A DNA stretch of 64,000 nucleotides from an uncultured virus (IMG/VR IMGVR_UViG_3300005528_000053) (lineage: Duplodnaviria > Heunggongvirae > Uroviricota > Caudoviricetes): the IMG/VR virus record IMGVR_UViG_3300005528_000053; one strand, 5' to 3'. Position 1 is the stretch's first letter, and each line of letters starts with the position of its first letter. Positions 41,101 to 47,944 of the stretch are shown here, in pieces. The notes below the pieces were generated by a model that searched no databases, had not been told where the DNA came from, and saw only the letters and a program-made list of their open reading frames with translations. A program made the position numbers and the translations under genes.

Positions 41101-42964
41101 AGTTAACGGCGAAGCAATAGACTATGTTTTATTTGAAACTGATGAATCATATGGAGAATCTAGTATAGGTAAATTAGGAATAAAATTTGCAGCACCGCCT
41201 GAATTAGATTCTGTGATTACCTATGCAATTACTCCTATTATCGAAGGAACACCAGTACTTGATAAGATGTCAATTATTCGATCTGAATCTTTTGAAGCAG
41301 AAGAAGAAGTGTTTAGTTATACTCTTACTATTCCTATAGGTAAAAAATTACCGTTTGGAAGAAATTCAATTGTAAGAGTAGGACAAGAAGTTTTAAGATC
41401 TCCTAGAACATTTTATTTTACATTAAGTGGAGGTCAGTTAACTTACAATATTCCTCAATATCAGTTAACTCCAAGTACATTAACTGTCTCTAATTTATCA
41501 GTGTATGTTGATGGTAAGCTGCTATCTCCTGTGATTGATTATACTTTTAATGGTGCAGGAATATCGGTTACATTGTTAAGTTCTTCGTATGTCGAAGGAA
41601 CAGTGCTATCTATTGCAATTTTAACTGATGCTGATTACAGAATTGAAATTGACAGTGGCGGCGTAACTAACTTAATACTTACAGAGTCATATCCAACAGG
41701 TACTGAGGTTGAAGTTATTACATACTACAATCATGATATCCTTAATGTAGAAAGAACAAATAACAAATTAGAATCCCAAGGTACAATAGTTCCAATGTCT
41801 GCAGACTATTATGAATTTAAGAAAAATACTGCCGGTATGTTTTCTTTAAAGGCACCAGTGTCTTCAGACGATTATGTATGGGTAACTAAGAATAGAAAAT
41901 TATTAACTCATAGTGTAGATTATTCTTTACATCCTTTAAAACAATCAATAATGCTGTCTGAAGATCTAATATCTAGCGATATAGTTGAGATTATAGTATT
42001 CAATGATCAAGTAACTGAGCAAGCAATTAGTTACATGCAATTTAAAGATATTTTAAATAGGGTGCATTATAAGAGATTACGCTCTGACAAGCAAACTTCC
42101 TTAGCAAGAGAATTAAATTATTATGATTCAGAAATTGAAGTTACTAATGGAAGTGTGTTAGCAGATCCATTAAGTTTAAAAAATATTCCAGGAATTATTG
42201 AAATTAACGGAGAACGTATAGAATATCTTTATAAAAATGGAAATATTCTAGGTCAGTTAAGAAGAGGAACTTTAGGTACAGGTGTACCTACATTACATAG
42301 TTTTGGTATGCTTGTACAAGATATTAGTTTTTCAGAAACTATTCCTTATAATGATGAGTTAATTATAGAAAATCATTATAGCGACGGTAGCACTAAATTA
42401 GTACCGTTAGAGTTTACTCCAGCATTAACATCAGGAACCGTAGCTGACGGAAGTACTTTATATACTGGATGGCGCCGATCATCAACCCCAACACAGTTTG
42501 GACAGTGCGATGATGTTGAAGTGTTTGTCGGGGGTTGGCTAGTAATGGGAGATTGGACATCAGATACAAGTTACAATTTAGGAGATATTGTAATTTATGG
42601 TAGCTATAACTATAGATGTACAAGCGATCATATAAGCTCTGATAGCTTTTTTAATGATTCAGATAAGTGGAAATTCTTTACTGGAAACAGAAGATTAAAG
42701 AAACATCCTTATGAAGTACACTGCTTAGATAACGGACCCGAAAGTCCTGGAGCAGATGTTGAATTTGATGCAGATTTTGCAGTCGATGGCACTACAAAGG
42801 GTGTATTGTTAAGCGAAATTCCAAGTATTGGAACTAAGATTAGTATAGTTAAACGACAAGGGAAGATTTGGAATGAGCCAGGGAAATCCTTATCGTTCTC
42901 TAATACTCCAATAGCAAAATTTTTAAAAAGATACGAAGGAGCATGGCCTAATAAAACACCATAA
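29165..42964 (+). CDS. Giant (4599 aa) virion structural protein, gp7-position baseplate wedge-like, multi-domain
   Basis: Uninterrupted 13.8-kb ORF coupled to gp6 (TAATG); contains FG-GAP-like propeller repeats, W..Y..GD.V modules and I...GSGY..AP repeats. Confidence 0.8.
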   Translation: MAYDKNQNENGVPINSNEKRRSSSLLPRFYRTDANKKFTEATIDQLTQPGKVKKVNGYIGRKNAKAVTASDIFIEASDIDRSNYQLEPAAIIQDYLGNVSFLKDYIDHINHVKINNGIVDNHERLNKQEFYSWEPHICWDKFANFQQYFWLPYGPPVISVAGQQLAIESTYTVVTVDEGDNRSFVFTPDGLSKNPSLTLYRGQTYNFIINSPGEPFSIKTERTIGSTDRYLQGVSQNAVEVGEIKFSIPEDAPDFLFYTSENNIDTSGIFKIQDITENTFLDVEKDILGKKTYTMSNGVSFSNGMKIKFTGTVSPEKYSNSIWYVEGVGNKITLVSEKDLEIISTYTSDSQVLFDDTPFDFLPFSDANSLAASKDYITINRSSPDRNPWARYNRWFHEDVIKTSYELNSLAPDIDQSGRAKRPIIEFDAGVKLYNFGSVAKKNVDLVDTFTTDVFSTIEGSLGYNIDNVDLVNGQRILFTADTDIRVQGKIFEVKFINVKPANRQVEFNGITNVEIPTNHLNLDIDHGLVNGRRVEYLSNGNTAIGGLVNRQVYYVYVVDNKRIRLYSDKNLTQVVTLTSQSEGNHLLDIVTVAQDQITLIETDDTVPINGETVLVKFGQENQGSMYYYNGSIWNKGQQKITVNQSPLFDLFDEDGNSFADISVYDGSSFAGNKIFSYKTSSLSADSELGFGLSYQNIANVGDILFEFNLLTDYFQYKENFVTLSKNTDTGFLKIIHGYNLEEYSNGWCKNLITNAQPIIRIYEGTEYKNNFPIDVYDNANDLLDLEVRVLINGKRIPKTAFTVETGINYKYVSLNQNSRITITDSDVITLKCFAKQAKNKKGYYEIPLSLQNNPLNNNLQYFTLGEVIDHVSSISENIPGFVGNYIGQGNLRDLGDTSSYGTRFVQHTCPLNFSLYHLGSKTANVLKSVEDAKETYATFKRLFLRLAEESGSGSNIRDHVDEILYQINQQTPKTNPYYLSDMFAYGPSKKTEYPVLDSRVKMYPISDVFDMSALSNKSVLVYLNGEQLLYGLNYTFTSSGYLEIILDINEDDLIEVYEYESTDGTFVPPTPTKLGIWPKFVPEIFQDTTYIEPTDVIQGHDGSITIAFGDYRDELLLELEKRIYNNIKISYNPEIFNIEDTIPGYFRNTDYDLDEYNQVLSKYFYYWSSQIDQDYTRLPTYDRTNGFTFNYRGNIAPDGRPVPAHWRAIYKWLLDTDRPHSHPWEVLGFTIKPVWWESVYGPAPYTANNRILWQDLNDGAVREPGKPVTRKLHYKRPGLIDMIPVDHQGRLISPYETGMVTGVINPSPAGYLEFGDQGPVETAWRRSSLYPFAALLAFLTLSPNKTLGTCFDRSRIVKNKANQLVYKDTNLRIRLQDIILPSNVNDATREYSSGLINYISDHIFTINNYNISSYKSDLSSLTNRIVSKLGGFTSKEKFRLILDSKSPTSKNNVFVPQENYNIVLNTSSPIRKISYSGVIIVKVSDGFNIAGYNQDEPYFSYYSKLQDGPTIRIGGISESFTDFDTNQTYVAGKVIRYNGRYYRVKTNHISGDTFDKDLYVLLPSLPETGGVVATLGKVWEKRKVLKLSYGTTLSTIQEVVSFLEGYGIYLEDQGFVFDDFNTNTESISNWNTSLKEFMFWATQKWKTGAVISLSPAAEKITLNTEFSVVNDIKDSFYGYNILRVDGQKLDPDLTSIYRTDNNYSVSPANTSHGIYSATFYLIQKEHVVVIDNRTMFNDVIYDLEPGYRQERIKINGYLTQSWTGGFSIPGFIYDEAVIKDWEPWTDYSLGTIVKFKEFYYSANKFIPGVELFNSNEWKLLLEKPTPRLIPNWDYKAEQFTDFYDLDTDNFDAGQQKVAQHLIGYQNRQYLENIIRDDVSQYKFYQGMIIEKGTKNVLNKLFDVLSANDQDSLVFDEEWAVRVGEYGASAAFDEIEIKLKEDNFKINPQPIEFVNSIDSNIVDSVYRQVPTDLVVRTVNYSSNPWPIRSHKTRFLRTPGYVRYDDVTLSVDSLLDLLDQNPNEFSIGDYIWCAFETLNAGGDYWNVYRITRAPFTIIGATYDNGILTFECDITPNLSIGDVFGLQSSGDADGFYTVSDLIDDTIVVEKEIPNFQGLSGATRELIFVSQRLESIDLANEILSTNIKAGELIWADSNEQSNNWAVWKNSPVYAKVELKNDEPRTEEKFGIALATNKLGTTLAVGTEQNKVLIYNVFNGTWGRLQELTVSALGPIADFTNSGFGTKLAMSEDAEWLAIAAPRASNIKTTYRGNYNSTANYNENDIVRVGNVHWQAATNLLDAETSTIDQFAQDWTPARLIEATKSGTPSGYVGQGLVVLYKRIADGTYRVVTSFTSPHPVLNNEEFGTKMKFSQSNGEYILGITSPLSGKLYLYRYSNVSDDSGIEWHMDYDRRYRGAFSSLIEYYQGDLVFYNQSIYEAIEDLSAGAFDIDQWTVVTDKNILGYFPNDVLNIEDTSPASDKFAYDFDFSSSGDRLAISAPNADKVFVYQYNGNSYDLILPVLEPATGDLEANTRFGASVALSSTGDSLAIGITDIVGASNNGKIFVYDLTSETYEKAQIIRSISDEVDERFGSTIEFMNDDKTLLVFSKKGDTFQDGSTVILDNGRIDIFDKYYTNFIYGESLTFNDSSLLKYGESIAVADSTILVSAPEYDDSYVENTGIVYSFKKLKTQYSWKKLYQESAVVDVEKIKKLFVYNSRTNTLLNYLDVIDPVQGKIAGPADQEIKFKTYFDPAIYSYSNNDLNVDEGLDWTSEQVGVLWWDLTNAKFLDSYVEDLVYRSSTWNTLHKNASIDIYEWVESKILPSAWDDIADTESGLSQGISGQSLYGDNAYSIKKRYDSISKTFKNTYYFWVKNKVTVPSVAGRNISATDVANLISDPKAQGYQFVSFLSKNSINLYNFKSLLENNDVNLNFQYWIIDKTDNNSHYQWKIISENENTSIPKEIEEKWFYSLVGKDANDRPLPDLNLPIKLRYGIESRPRQSMFVNRLEALKQLFERANSVLAKNLIADDYDLSDLLMTEPKPSSVSRLYDRVIDTELELRFINTDSLRQAILTPVITDGRITEVVISNSGYGYTTAPSIKIYGSGKNADILPVINSKGQITEVLINNPGQGYSDGTRLTVRYYSVLVNSDSAALNRWSIYQWDNVSWFRAKTQTYDVTQYWDYIDYYATGYNQFTKVDYAVDGTYQLPLLKTKIGDTVKVNNIGSGGWIILEKYADSTSVDYTQSYSVVGRYQGTIQFKDNLYKYKEGGVGYDGSLFDSDGYDEFASVELRVILNSFKDKIFVDTLRVEYLKLFFSSIRYVLSEQTLVDWVFKTSFVKAKHNVGSLKQKVTYNNDNLDNFEDYINEVKPYRTKIREFISTYNTVQNTPLSLTDFDLQSTISNQDTIIPVNVRVSETVNAVPPVTEISGTSVLSEYPWKHWYDNVGFTLSSIEIVDGGSGYITAPTVIIEDSYGVKASAKAFISNGQVSKIRIINSGTRFLKAPIVTLSGGTALSDNYARAVAIIENGVVRSSMIKMRFDRTTRTYAVTSILETETFSGDIQVTGKRLQFDLKWAPNTEVGKTLITINNVEILRDDYRLVVKNTQINGFTQYYGSVIFETPPTKGATVVIRYNKSSIHLNAADRINFYYDPQTAQLGKQLSQLMTGVDYGGVNIVGLDFNIQYGWDNLPWMTIPWDTFDDSFDDYVYTGANYEVVLDYVPALNEEINVYISRYDPEDLRSVNGYLPPVRIDNYDYEGVPIPGYPDAVMATFVGDGVNQTVVIPEDKITINSNDIVIVRRSTSDGSYKPLETNYDIRLDGGPIDYSSATGLNADDIIIDGDGFVTPTSSSAPEEVVPGHISDTVAIKVYNRPTSGSAKIISKNYKGDNSTSSFTLDQIPNGNAVLIVKLDDQILTRGVDYQYDWKLNEVKLTAAASNTQIVNITSFGLNSSNVVDLDYFIADGVSTEFITRASWSSNFEGFVLVNGEAIDYVLFETDESYGESSIGKLGIKFAAPPELDSVITYAITPIIEGTPVLDKMSIIRSESFEAEEEVFSYTLTIPIGKKLPFGRNSIVRVGQEVLRSPRTFYFTLSGGQLTYNIPQYQLTPSTLTVSNLSVYVDGKLLSPVIDYTFNGAGISVTLLSSSYVEGTVLSIAILTDADYRIEIDSGGVTNLILTESYPTGTEVEVITYYNHDILNVERTNNKLESQGTIVPMSADYYEFKKNTAGMFSLKAPVSSDDYVWVTKNRKLLTHSVDYSLHPLKQSIMLSEDLISSDIVEIIVFNDQVTEQAISYMQFKDILNRVHYKRLRSDKQTSLARELNYYDSEIEVTNGSVLADPLSLKNIPGIIEINGERIEYLYKNGNILGQLRRGTLGTGVPTLHSFGMLVQDISFSETIPYNDELIIENHYSDGSTKLVPLEFTPALTSGTVADGSTLYTGWRRSSTPTQFGQCDDVEVFVGGWLVMGDWTSDTSYNLGDIVIYGSYNYRCTSDHISSDSFFNDSDKWKFFTGNRRLKKHPYEVHCLDNGPESPGADVEFDADFAVDGTTKGVLLSEIPSIGTKISIVKRQGKIWNEPGKSLSFSNTPIAKFLKRYEGAWPNKTP

Positions 42965-43039
42965 TCTTAAAAAATAACAGATATGTTATTAAAATAGTGT
43001 ATTATGCGTGTTGATAAATAATTTATTAGCGAGATTATT

Positions 43040-43648
43040 ATGCAAGGTAAAGATCATTCAGGATTACATATAGAAGGCCATATAAAAATATGGCACCCAG
43101 ACACGGGCGAAATCGTTGTGAATAAAAGAAATGCTATTCATTATGAAAACATTAGCATTGCCCTTGCTGAAAGTATTGCGAACGAAGGGCAAGGATTTAT
43201 ACAAGAAATGGTATTTGGTAACGGGGGAACTACAATTGATCCTACCGGAATTATTACATATTTGACACCAAATTCAACAGGCACTAATGCAACTTTGTAT
43301 AATGAAAAATTCTCTAAAGTCGTTAACGATAGACAAAGAACAAATATAGACCCTACGAGAAATAGGGTCGAGACTAGACATGTTACAGGAACTAATTATA
43401 CAGATGTTTTTGTAACTTGTTTTTTAGATTACGGTGAGCCAGCCGGACAAGAAGCATTTGATAATACGTCGAATAATAACGGAGATTTCGTTTTTGATGA
43501 ACTTGGTCTTAGAGCGTACAGTGCAACAGGTACTGGAAGATTGTTAACTCACGTAATATTCCATCCCGTACAGAAATCACTGAATAGGGTAATTCAAGTA
43601 GACTACACCGTTAGAATTCAAAGTCTAACTGGTTTAAGTGAGGTGTAA
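43040..43648 (+). CDS. Putative baseplate structural protein
   Basis: 202 aa with FVFDELGL and LLTHVIFHPVQKS; ATAAATA motif at 43014-43020. Confidence 0.65.
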   Translation: MQGKDHSGLHIEGHIKIWHPDTGEIVVNKRNAIHYENISIALAESIANEGQGFIQEMVFGNGGTTIDPTGIITYLTPNSTGTNATLYNEKFSKVVNDRQRTNIDPTRNRVETRHVTGTNYTDVFVTCFLDYGEPAGQEAFDNTSNNNGDFVFDELGLRAYSATGTGRLLTHVIFHPVQKSLNRVIQVDYTVRIQSLTGLSEV

Positions 43649-43649
43649 T

Positions 43650-45998
43650 ATGGGATACTACCTAGTTAATTACACTGATACTAACAAGGAACCAATACAG
43701 GTACAAGACCAGATTGGGGATAACTCCACTAGTATAAAATTTACCGGAAGGAATACTACCTCTTACGGTGTTGACATAGCTGAAAACTTCTTACACTTAT
43801 TAGAAAATTTTGCCAGCAACGCCCAGCCAGAAAACCCAGTTACCGGACAACTTTGGTTTGATGCAAGTCCTAGCACCCAACAATTACAAGTTTTTGATGG
43901 AGAAAATTTTGTTCCTGCTGGAAATATTTTTAGAGCAAGCGCAACTCCGACCTCAGGACGTCCAGGCGATTTATGGGTTGATACTGAAAATCAACAGTTG
44001 TACCTATACAACGGTTCATCTTGGGCATTAATAGGACCAAACTTTAACGAAGTCAATAAGACTGGTGCTGAAGGCGAAACAATAACAGGTAAAGATGGCC
44101 AAGATTATAATGTTGTTACAATGTTTTCAAACGGTAATCGTGTAGCAATCATTAGTAAAGATAGATTTTCACCTAAGGCAGCAATTCTTGGGTTTACAGA
44201 AATAAAACAAGGTATTAATGTTTCTGCTTTAAACTTTAACGATAACACTGAAACTAATAAACTTTGGGGAACAGCGGAAGCAGCTGACGGGCTAGTAGTA
44301 TCTAATAAGATTATACCAGCGGCGAATTTTTTGCGGTCAGATGTAGCATCCTATACTAACTATTCTTTTTCTGTTAGAAATGATGGAGGCATTAGTGTAG
44401 GAGCAAATGCATCTACATCTATTAGTACAGATACTGCTGGATCAGCAAAGATATATCACAAAACATCTGGATCAAGTATTGACTTTGTAGTTAATAACGG
44501 CGGAACAGATTCAGTTGCATTAAGAATTTTAGCAACAGGTCCTAGAGTTGGAATTAATAATTTATCTCCTGATACAGAATTAGATGTAACAGGATCAGCT
44601 AAGATTAGTAATAGCTTAACTGTATCAGGAACGGGCGCATTATCTATTGCAACCGCTGGCGGCATAAGCGTAGAAAAATCAGTAACAGTAGGAGAAAATC
44701 TTAGTGTTGCTGGGCAAATTACCTCAAATAGTATTATACCAAACTTAGATAGTTCTTATGATTTAGGAACTAATCCGTCAGTATCTGGCGGAAAAGCATG
44801 GAGGAATGTCTATGCTGATAAAGTATATTCAGGAGAATTTATAGGTCCCGTGACCGGTAGTTTAACTGGAACAGCAACTTCGGCTATTAGGTTAGTTGGT
44901 ACTACTAACTTTAGTATCACAGGGGATATTTCAGCTCCTGCTATTGCGTTTAATGGCGAGACTGTTGGAGGGAATGTACAATTCCAAGCAACATTAAGCC
45001 AAAACCTTGTAACAAATAAAACTGAAATTTTTAGTTCCGAGTTTACTGATGAACTATTAATACACAGACCTAATACGGGTTTAAGAAAAGTAACTAAAGC
45101 AAATCTTCTAAACAATGTTCCTATTATACCAGCCGGAACTATTCTACCATATGCTGGAGAAACTCCTCCAAGCGGATATTTATTTTGCGACGGTAGCGAG
45201 ATAACCATTGGTGCTTATCCTGATTTATTTGCAGTCATTGGATACAAATATAAAGAACAAACTCTTTTAATTGGTATCAATACATTTGCCTTACCGGATA
45301 TGCGAGGAAGATTCGCACTAGGTAGAGATAGTATGGACAATCAGACCTTTATTACTAGATCTACTCAGTTTGATTTTGTGATAGACGATCCGGGCGATGG
45401 TTACGCAGCAGTATCAACAACTTATACTAATGTTCAAATTAGCGGCGGAGACGGCGTAGGATTAACTGTTGATGTGATAGTAAATTCTCTTGGACAGGTA
45501 ACATCGGTAGTTCTTAATGCCAAAGGAACAGAGTTCACTGAAGGTACATTTACCGGGGCACTTGTTGTTGGATCAGGTATACCTTCATTACCAACTCCGG
45601 TGTCACCGGCAGTAATATTTGTAACAGTAACGTTACCAATAACAGGATTTTCTGGAGCTAGACCTATCATTGATGGTAGTGTCGAAACTCCGTTTAGTAC
45701 AACTATTGGAAAATCAAGTGGTAATCCGGAGGTTTCGATAGCTGTAAGCCAACTTCCACAGCATAGCCACAATCTAAAAGGTGGTGCAGGAAATCAATAT
45801 TATGCTGTAAGACAAGTTGCTGGAACTCCACCGGATCTTGATGCGATATCGGGATTAGGAGGCACTGCACCTTTGCAAGCACAATACTTAACAAACAGTG
45901 GCGGAATTGACACAACAGGCTCGTTAGGACAACCAATTGATGTCACTAACCCATTTACAACAATTAACTACATAATCTTTACTGGGGTAATTGCATGA
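43650..45998 (+). CDS. Tail fibre / baseplate protein with tail-collar domain
   Basis: N-terminal ENFLHLLENFA..P..GQLWFD; collar motif IPAGTILPYAG..PPSGYLFCDGS...FALPDMRGRF; C-terminal NPFTTINYII; ATG at 43650 behind a GAGG RBS. Confidence 0.8.
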   Translation: MGYYLVNYTDTNKEPIQVQDQIGDNSTSIKFTGRNTTSYGVDIAENFLHLLENFASNAQPENPVTGQLWFDASPSTQQLQVFDGENFVPAGNIFRASATPTSGRPGDLWVDTENQQLYLYNGSSWALIGPNFNEVNKTGAEGETITGKDGQDYNVVTMFSNGNRVAIISKDRFSPKAAILGFTEIKQGINVSALNFNDNTETNKLWGTAEAADGLVVSNKIIPAANFLRSDVASYTNYSFSVRNDGGISVGANASTSISTDTAGSAKIYHKTSGSSIDFVVNNGGTDSVALRILATGPRVGINNLSPDTELDVTGSAKISNSLTVSGTGALSIATAGGISVEKSVTVGENLSVAGQITSNSIIPNLDSSYDLGTNPSVSGGKAWRNVYADKVYSGEFIGPVTGSLTGTATSAIRLVGTTNFSITGDISAPAIAFNGETVGGNVQFQATLSQNLVTNKTEIFSSEFTDELLIHRPNTGLRKVTKANLLNNVPIIPAGTILPYAGETPPSGYLFCDGSEITIGAYPDLFAVIGYKYKEQTLLIGINTFALPDMRGRFALGRDSMDNQTFITRSTQFDFVIDDPGDGYAAVSTTYTNVQISGGDGVGLTVDVIVNSLGQVTSVVLNAKGTEFTEGTFTGALVVGSGIPSLPTPVSPAVIFVTVTLPITGFSGARPIIDGSVETPFSTTIGKSSGNPEVSIAVSQLPQHSHNLKGGAGNQYYAVRQVAGTPPDLDAISGLGGTAPLQAQYLTNSGGIDTTGSLGQPIDVTNPFTTINYIIFTGVIA

Positions 45999-47914
45999 CC
46001 TATAAAATTAATAACACAGAAAATGTAGAGATTACTCAAATTATAGATGGAACCATTGATCAAACTACAGATCTTACCTTAATTGGTAAAAATGTTTCCG
46101 GCTACGGTGAATATATCAATGAGAATTTTTTAAAACTATTAGAAAATTTTGCATCTACTACTGAACCATCGAACAAAATAACAGGACAGTTGTGGTTCGA
46201 TACTAGCGTAAACAAATTAAAAGTATATGATGGTTCTAGATTTAAAGCAGCTGGCGGTTCAACAGTCAGTTCTACACAACCTGCACTAGCTCAAGGCGAC
46301 ATTTGGATTAACCCAACTGATAATCAAATGTATTTTTATGATGGGTCAGATTTAGTATTAGCTGGACCAGTATATAAAAGTAGTCAAGGTCTTTCAGGAT
46401 TTACAGTTGAAACAATTTTAGATACAACTGAAACAAGTAGAACTTTAGTTTATCTCTGGTGCGCACAAATATTATTAGGAATTTTTAGTAAAGACACTTC
46501 AGAATTCACACCAAAGAAAATTATACCTGGATATCCTTCCACTAACGGTATTTCAAATACAATTAGAAAAGGGTTCAATCCTGGAACTATTTCTCCTAAG
46601 TTTTATGTAACTGCTTCAGCAGCAGAAAATTTAGTTGATGAAAATGGTACAGTTAGATCCGTGTCTAATTTTATGACAACCTATCAAGACACTGGGACAA
46701 TAGGTACAATAACTATTCAAAACTCTACTCCTTTAAAGTTAGGAGAAGCAGACGAAAGCCAAATATATGTAGATGATACAATATTTGAAATCTCTAGTAA
46801 TGCGATCAATCAAGGGTTTAGTATTAAAGCATTACGGGGCGGTGGCCCGATATCTGCTTTAAAAATTGAAACATTAGAAGGTCGAGTTGGTATCTTTAAC
46901 GAATACCCAGAATATAATCTTGATGTAACCGGTGATGCAAGAATTACAGGCGACTTAATTGTCGAAGGTGAAACTGTTACAATGAATACTACAGTTATCA
47001 CTTCAGAAGATAAAAATATTGAATTGAATCGTCCTGCATTGGGCGATAGTACTGCTCAGACTGATTTAAGTGCCGACGGTGGCGGAATAATTTTAGTCGG
47101 AGCAACAGACAAAACTATATTATACAACTTGTCAAATGATGCTTGGGAACTATCTCAAACTATTAATATTCCTACCGGAACAGAATACAGAATTGACAAT
47201 TCTTTAATTTTAAGTTCTACCACATTAGGCCCATCTGTAGTTAGTTCAAGTTTAACTTCTTTAGGAACTCTAGCACAACTTAACATTGATAATATAAACA
47301 TTAACGGAAATACTGTAAGTTCTACAGATACAAACGGCAATATTATTATTAGTCCAAATGGATCAGGATCAGTTGATGTTAATTCTAGTTTAATTAAGAA
47401 TGTAACAGCTCCAGTAAGTCAAACTGATGCAGCAAACAGATCTTATGTTGATACTAGACCTGTAGGGTTTTCATTAGATATTACAGATTTACCGGCACCA
47501 ACTGATGACAGTATTGCATTAGTCTGTCATGACATTTATCCCGAAGATGAATTTCGAGTCGGTGCTGTAGCTAGAGTACACTGCACTTTAGATGATAATA
47601 TTAATCCTGTATCTAGATTTTTAAAGAAATTTCAAGTTACTGCTTCTGCAACAGTTGCATTATCGACTGCTGCTAGAGCGACAAATTTAGCAACAATTAC
47701 AGTTGGTAGTCCTCATGGATACAGCACTGGAAATGTAATTGATATTGTTTGTTCAACAGACACTACATTTAGTGCCTTAACAAGTATTACAGTAACTGGC
47801 CCAAGCTCATTTACCTACAGTAATCTGGGCACAGATCAAGGATCATTTTCAGTCGTAGGAACTGCCGAAAAACATGCTTGGTCCTTTGTAACTAACCTAA
47901 CAAGTAGCGTTTGA
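45995..47914 (+). CDS. Tail fibre / baseplate protein (paralogous N-terminus)
   Basis: LIGKNVSGYGEYINENFLKLLENFA..GQLWFD, a motif shared with both neighbours. Confidence 0.72.
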   Translation: MTYKINNTENVEITQIIDGTIDQTTDLTLIGKNVSGYGEYINENFLKLLENFASTTEPSNKITGQLWFDTSVNKLKVYDGSRFKAAGGSTVSSTQPALAQGDIWINPTDNQMYFYDGSDLVLAGPVYKSSQGLSGFTVETILDTTETSRTLVYLWCAQILLGIFSKDTSEFTPKKIIPGYPSTNGISNTIRKGFNPGTISPKFYVTASAAENLVDENGTVRSVSNFMTTYQDTGTIGTITIQNSTPLKLGEADESQIYVDDTIFEISSNAINQGFSIKALRGGGPISALKIETLEGRVGIFNEYPEYNLDVTGDARITGDLIVEGETVTMNTTVITSEDKNIELNRPALGDSTAQTDLSADGGGIILVGATDKTILYNLSNDAWELSQTINIPTGTEYRIDNSLILSSTTLGPSVVSSSLTSLGTLAQLNIDNININGNTVSSTDTNGNIIISPNGSGSVDVNSSLIKNVTAPVSQTDAANRSYVDTRPVGFSLDITDLPAPTDDSIALVCHDIYPEDEFRVGAVARVHCTLDDNINPVSRFLKKFQVTASATVALSTAARATNLATITVGSPHGYSTGNVIDIVCSTDTTFSALTSITVTGPSSFTYSNLGTDQGSFSVVGTAEKHAWSFVTNLTSSV

Positions 47915-47944
47915 TGATAAATATTTTGAATAAAGGGGTAATTA

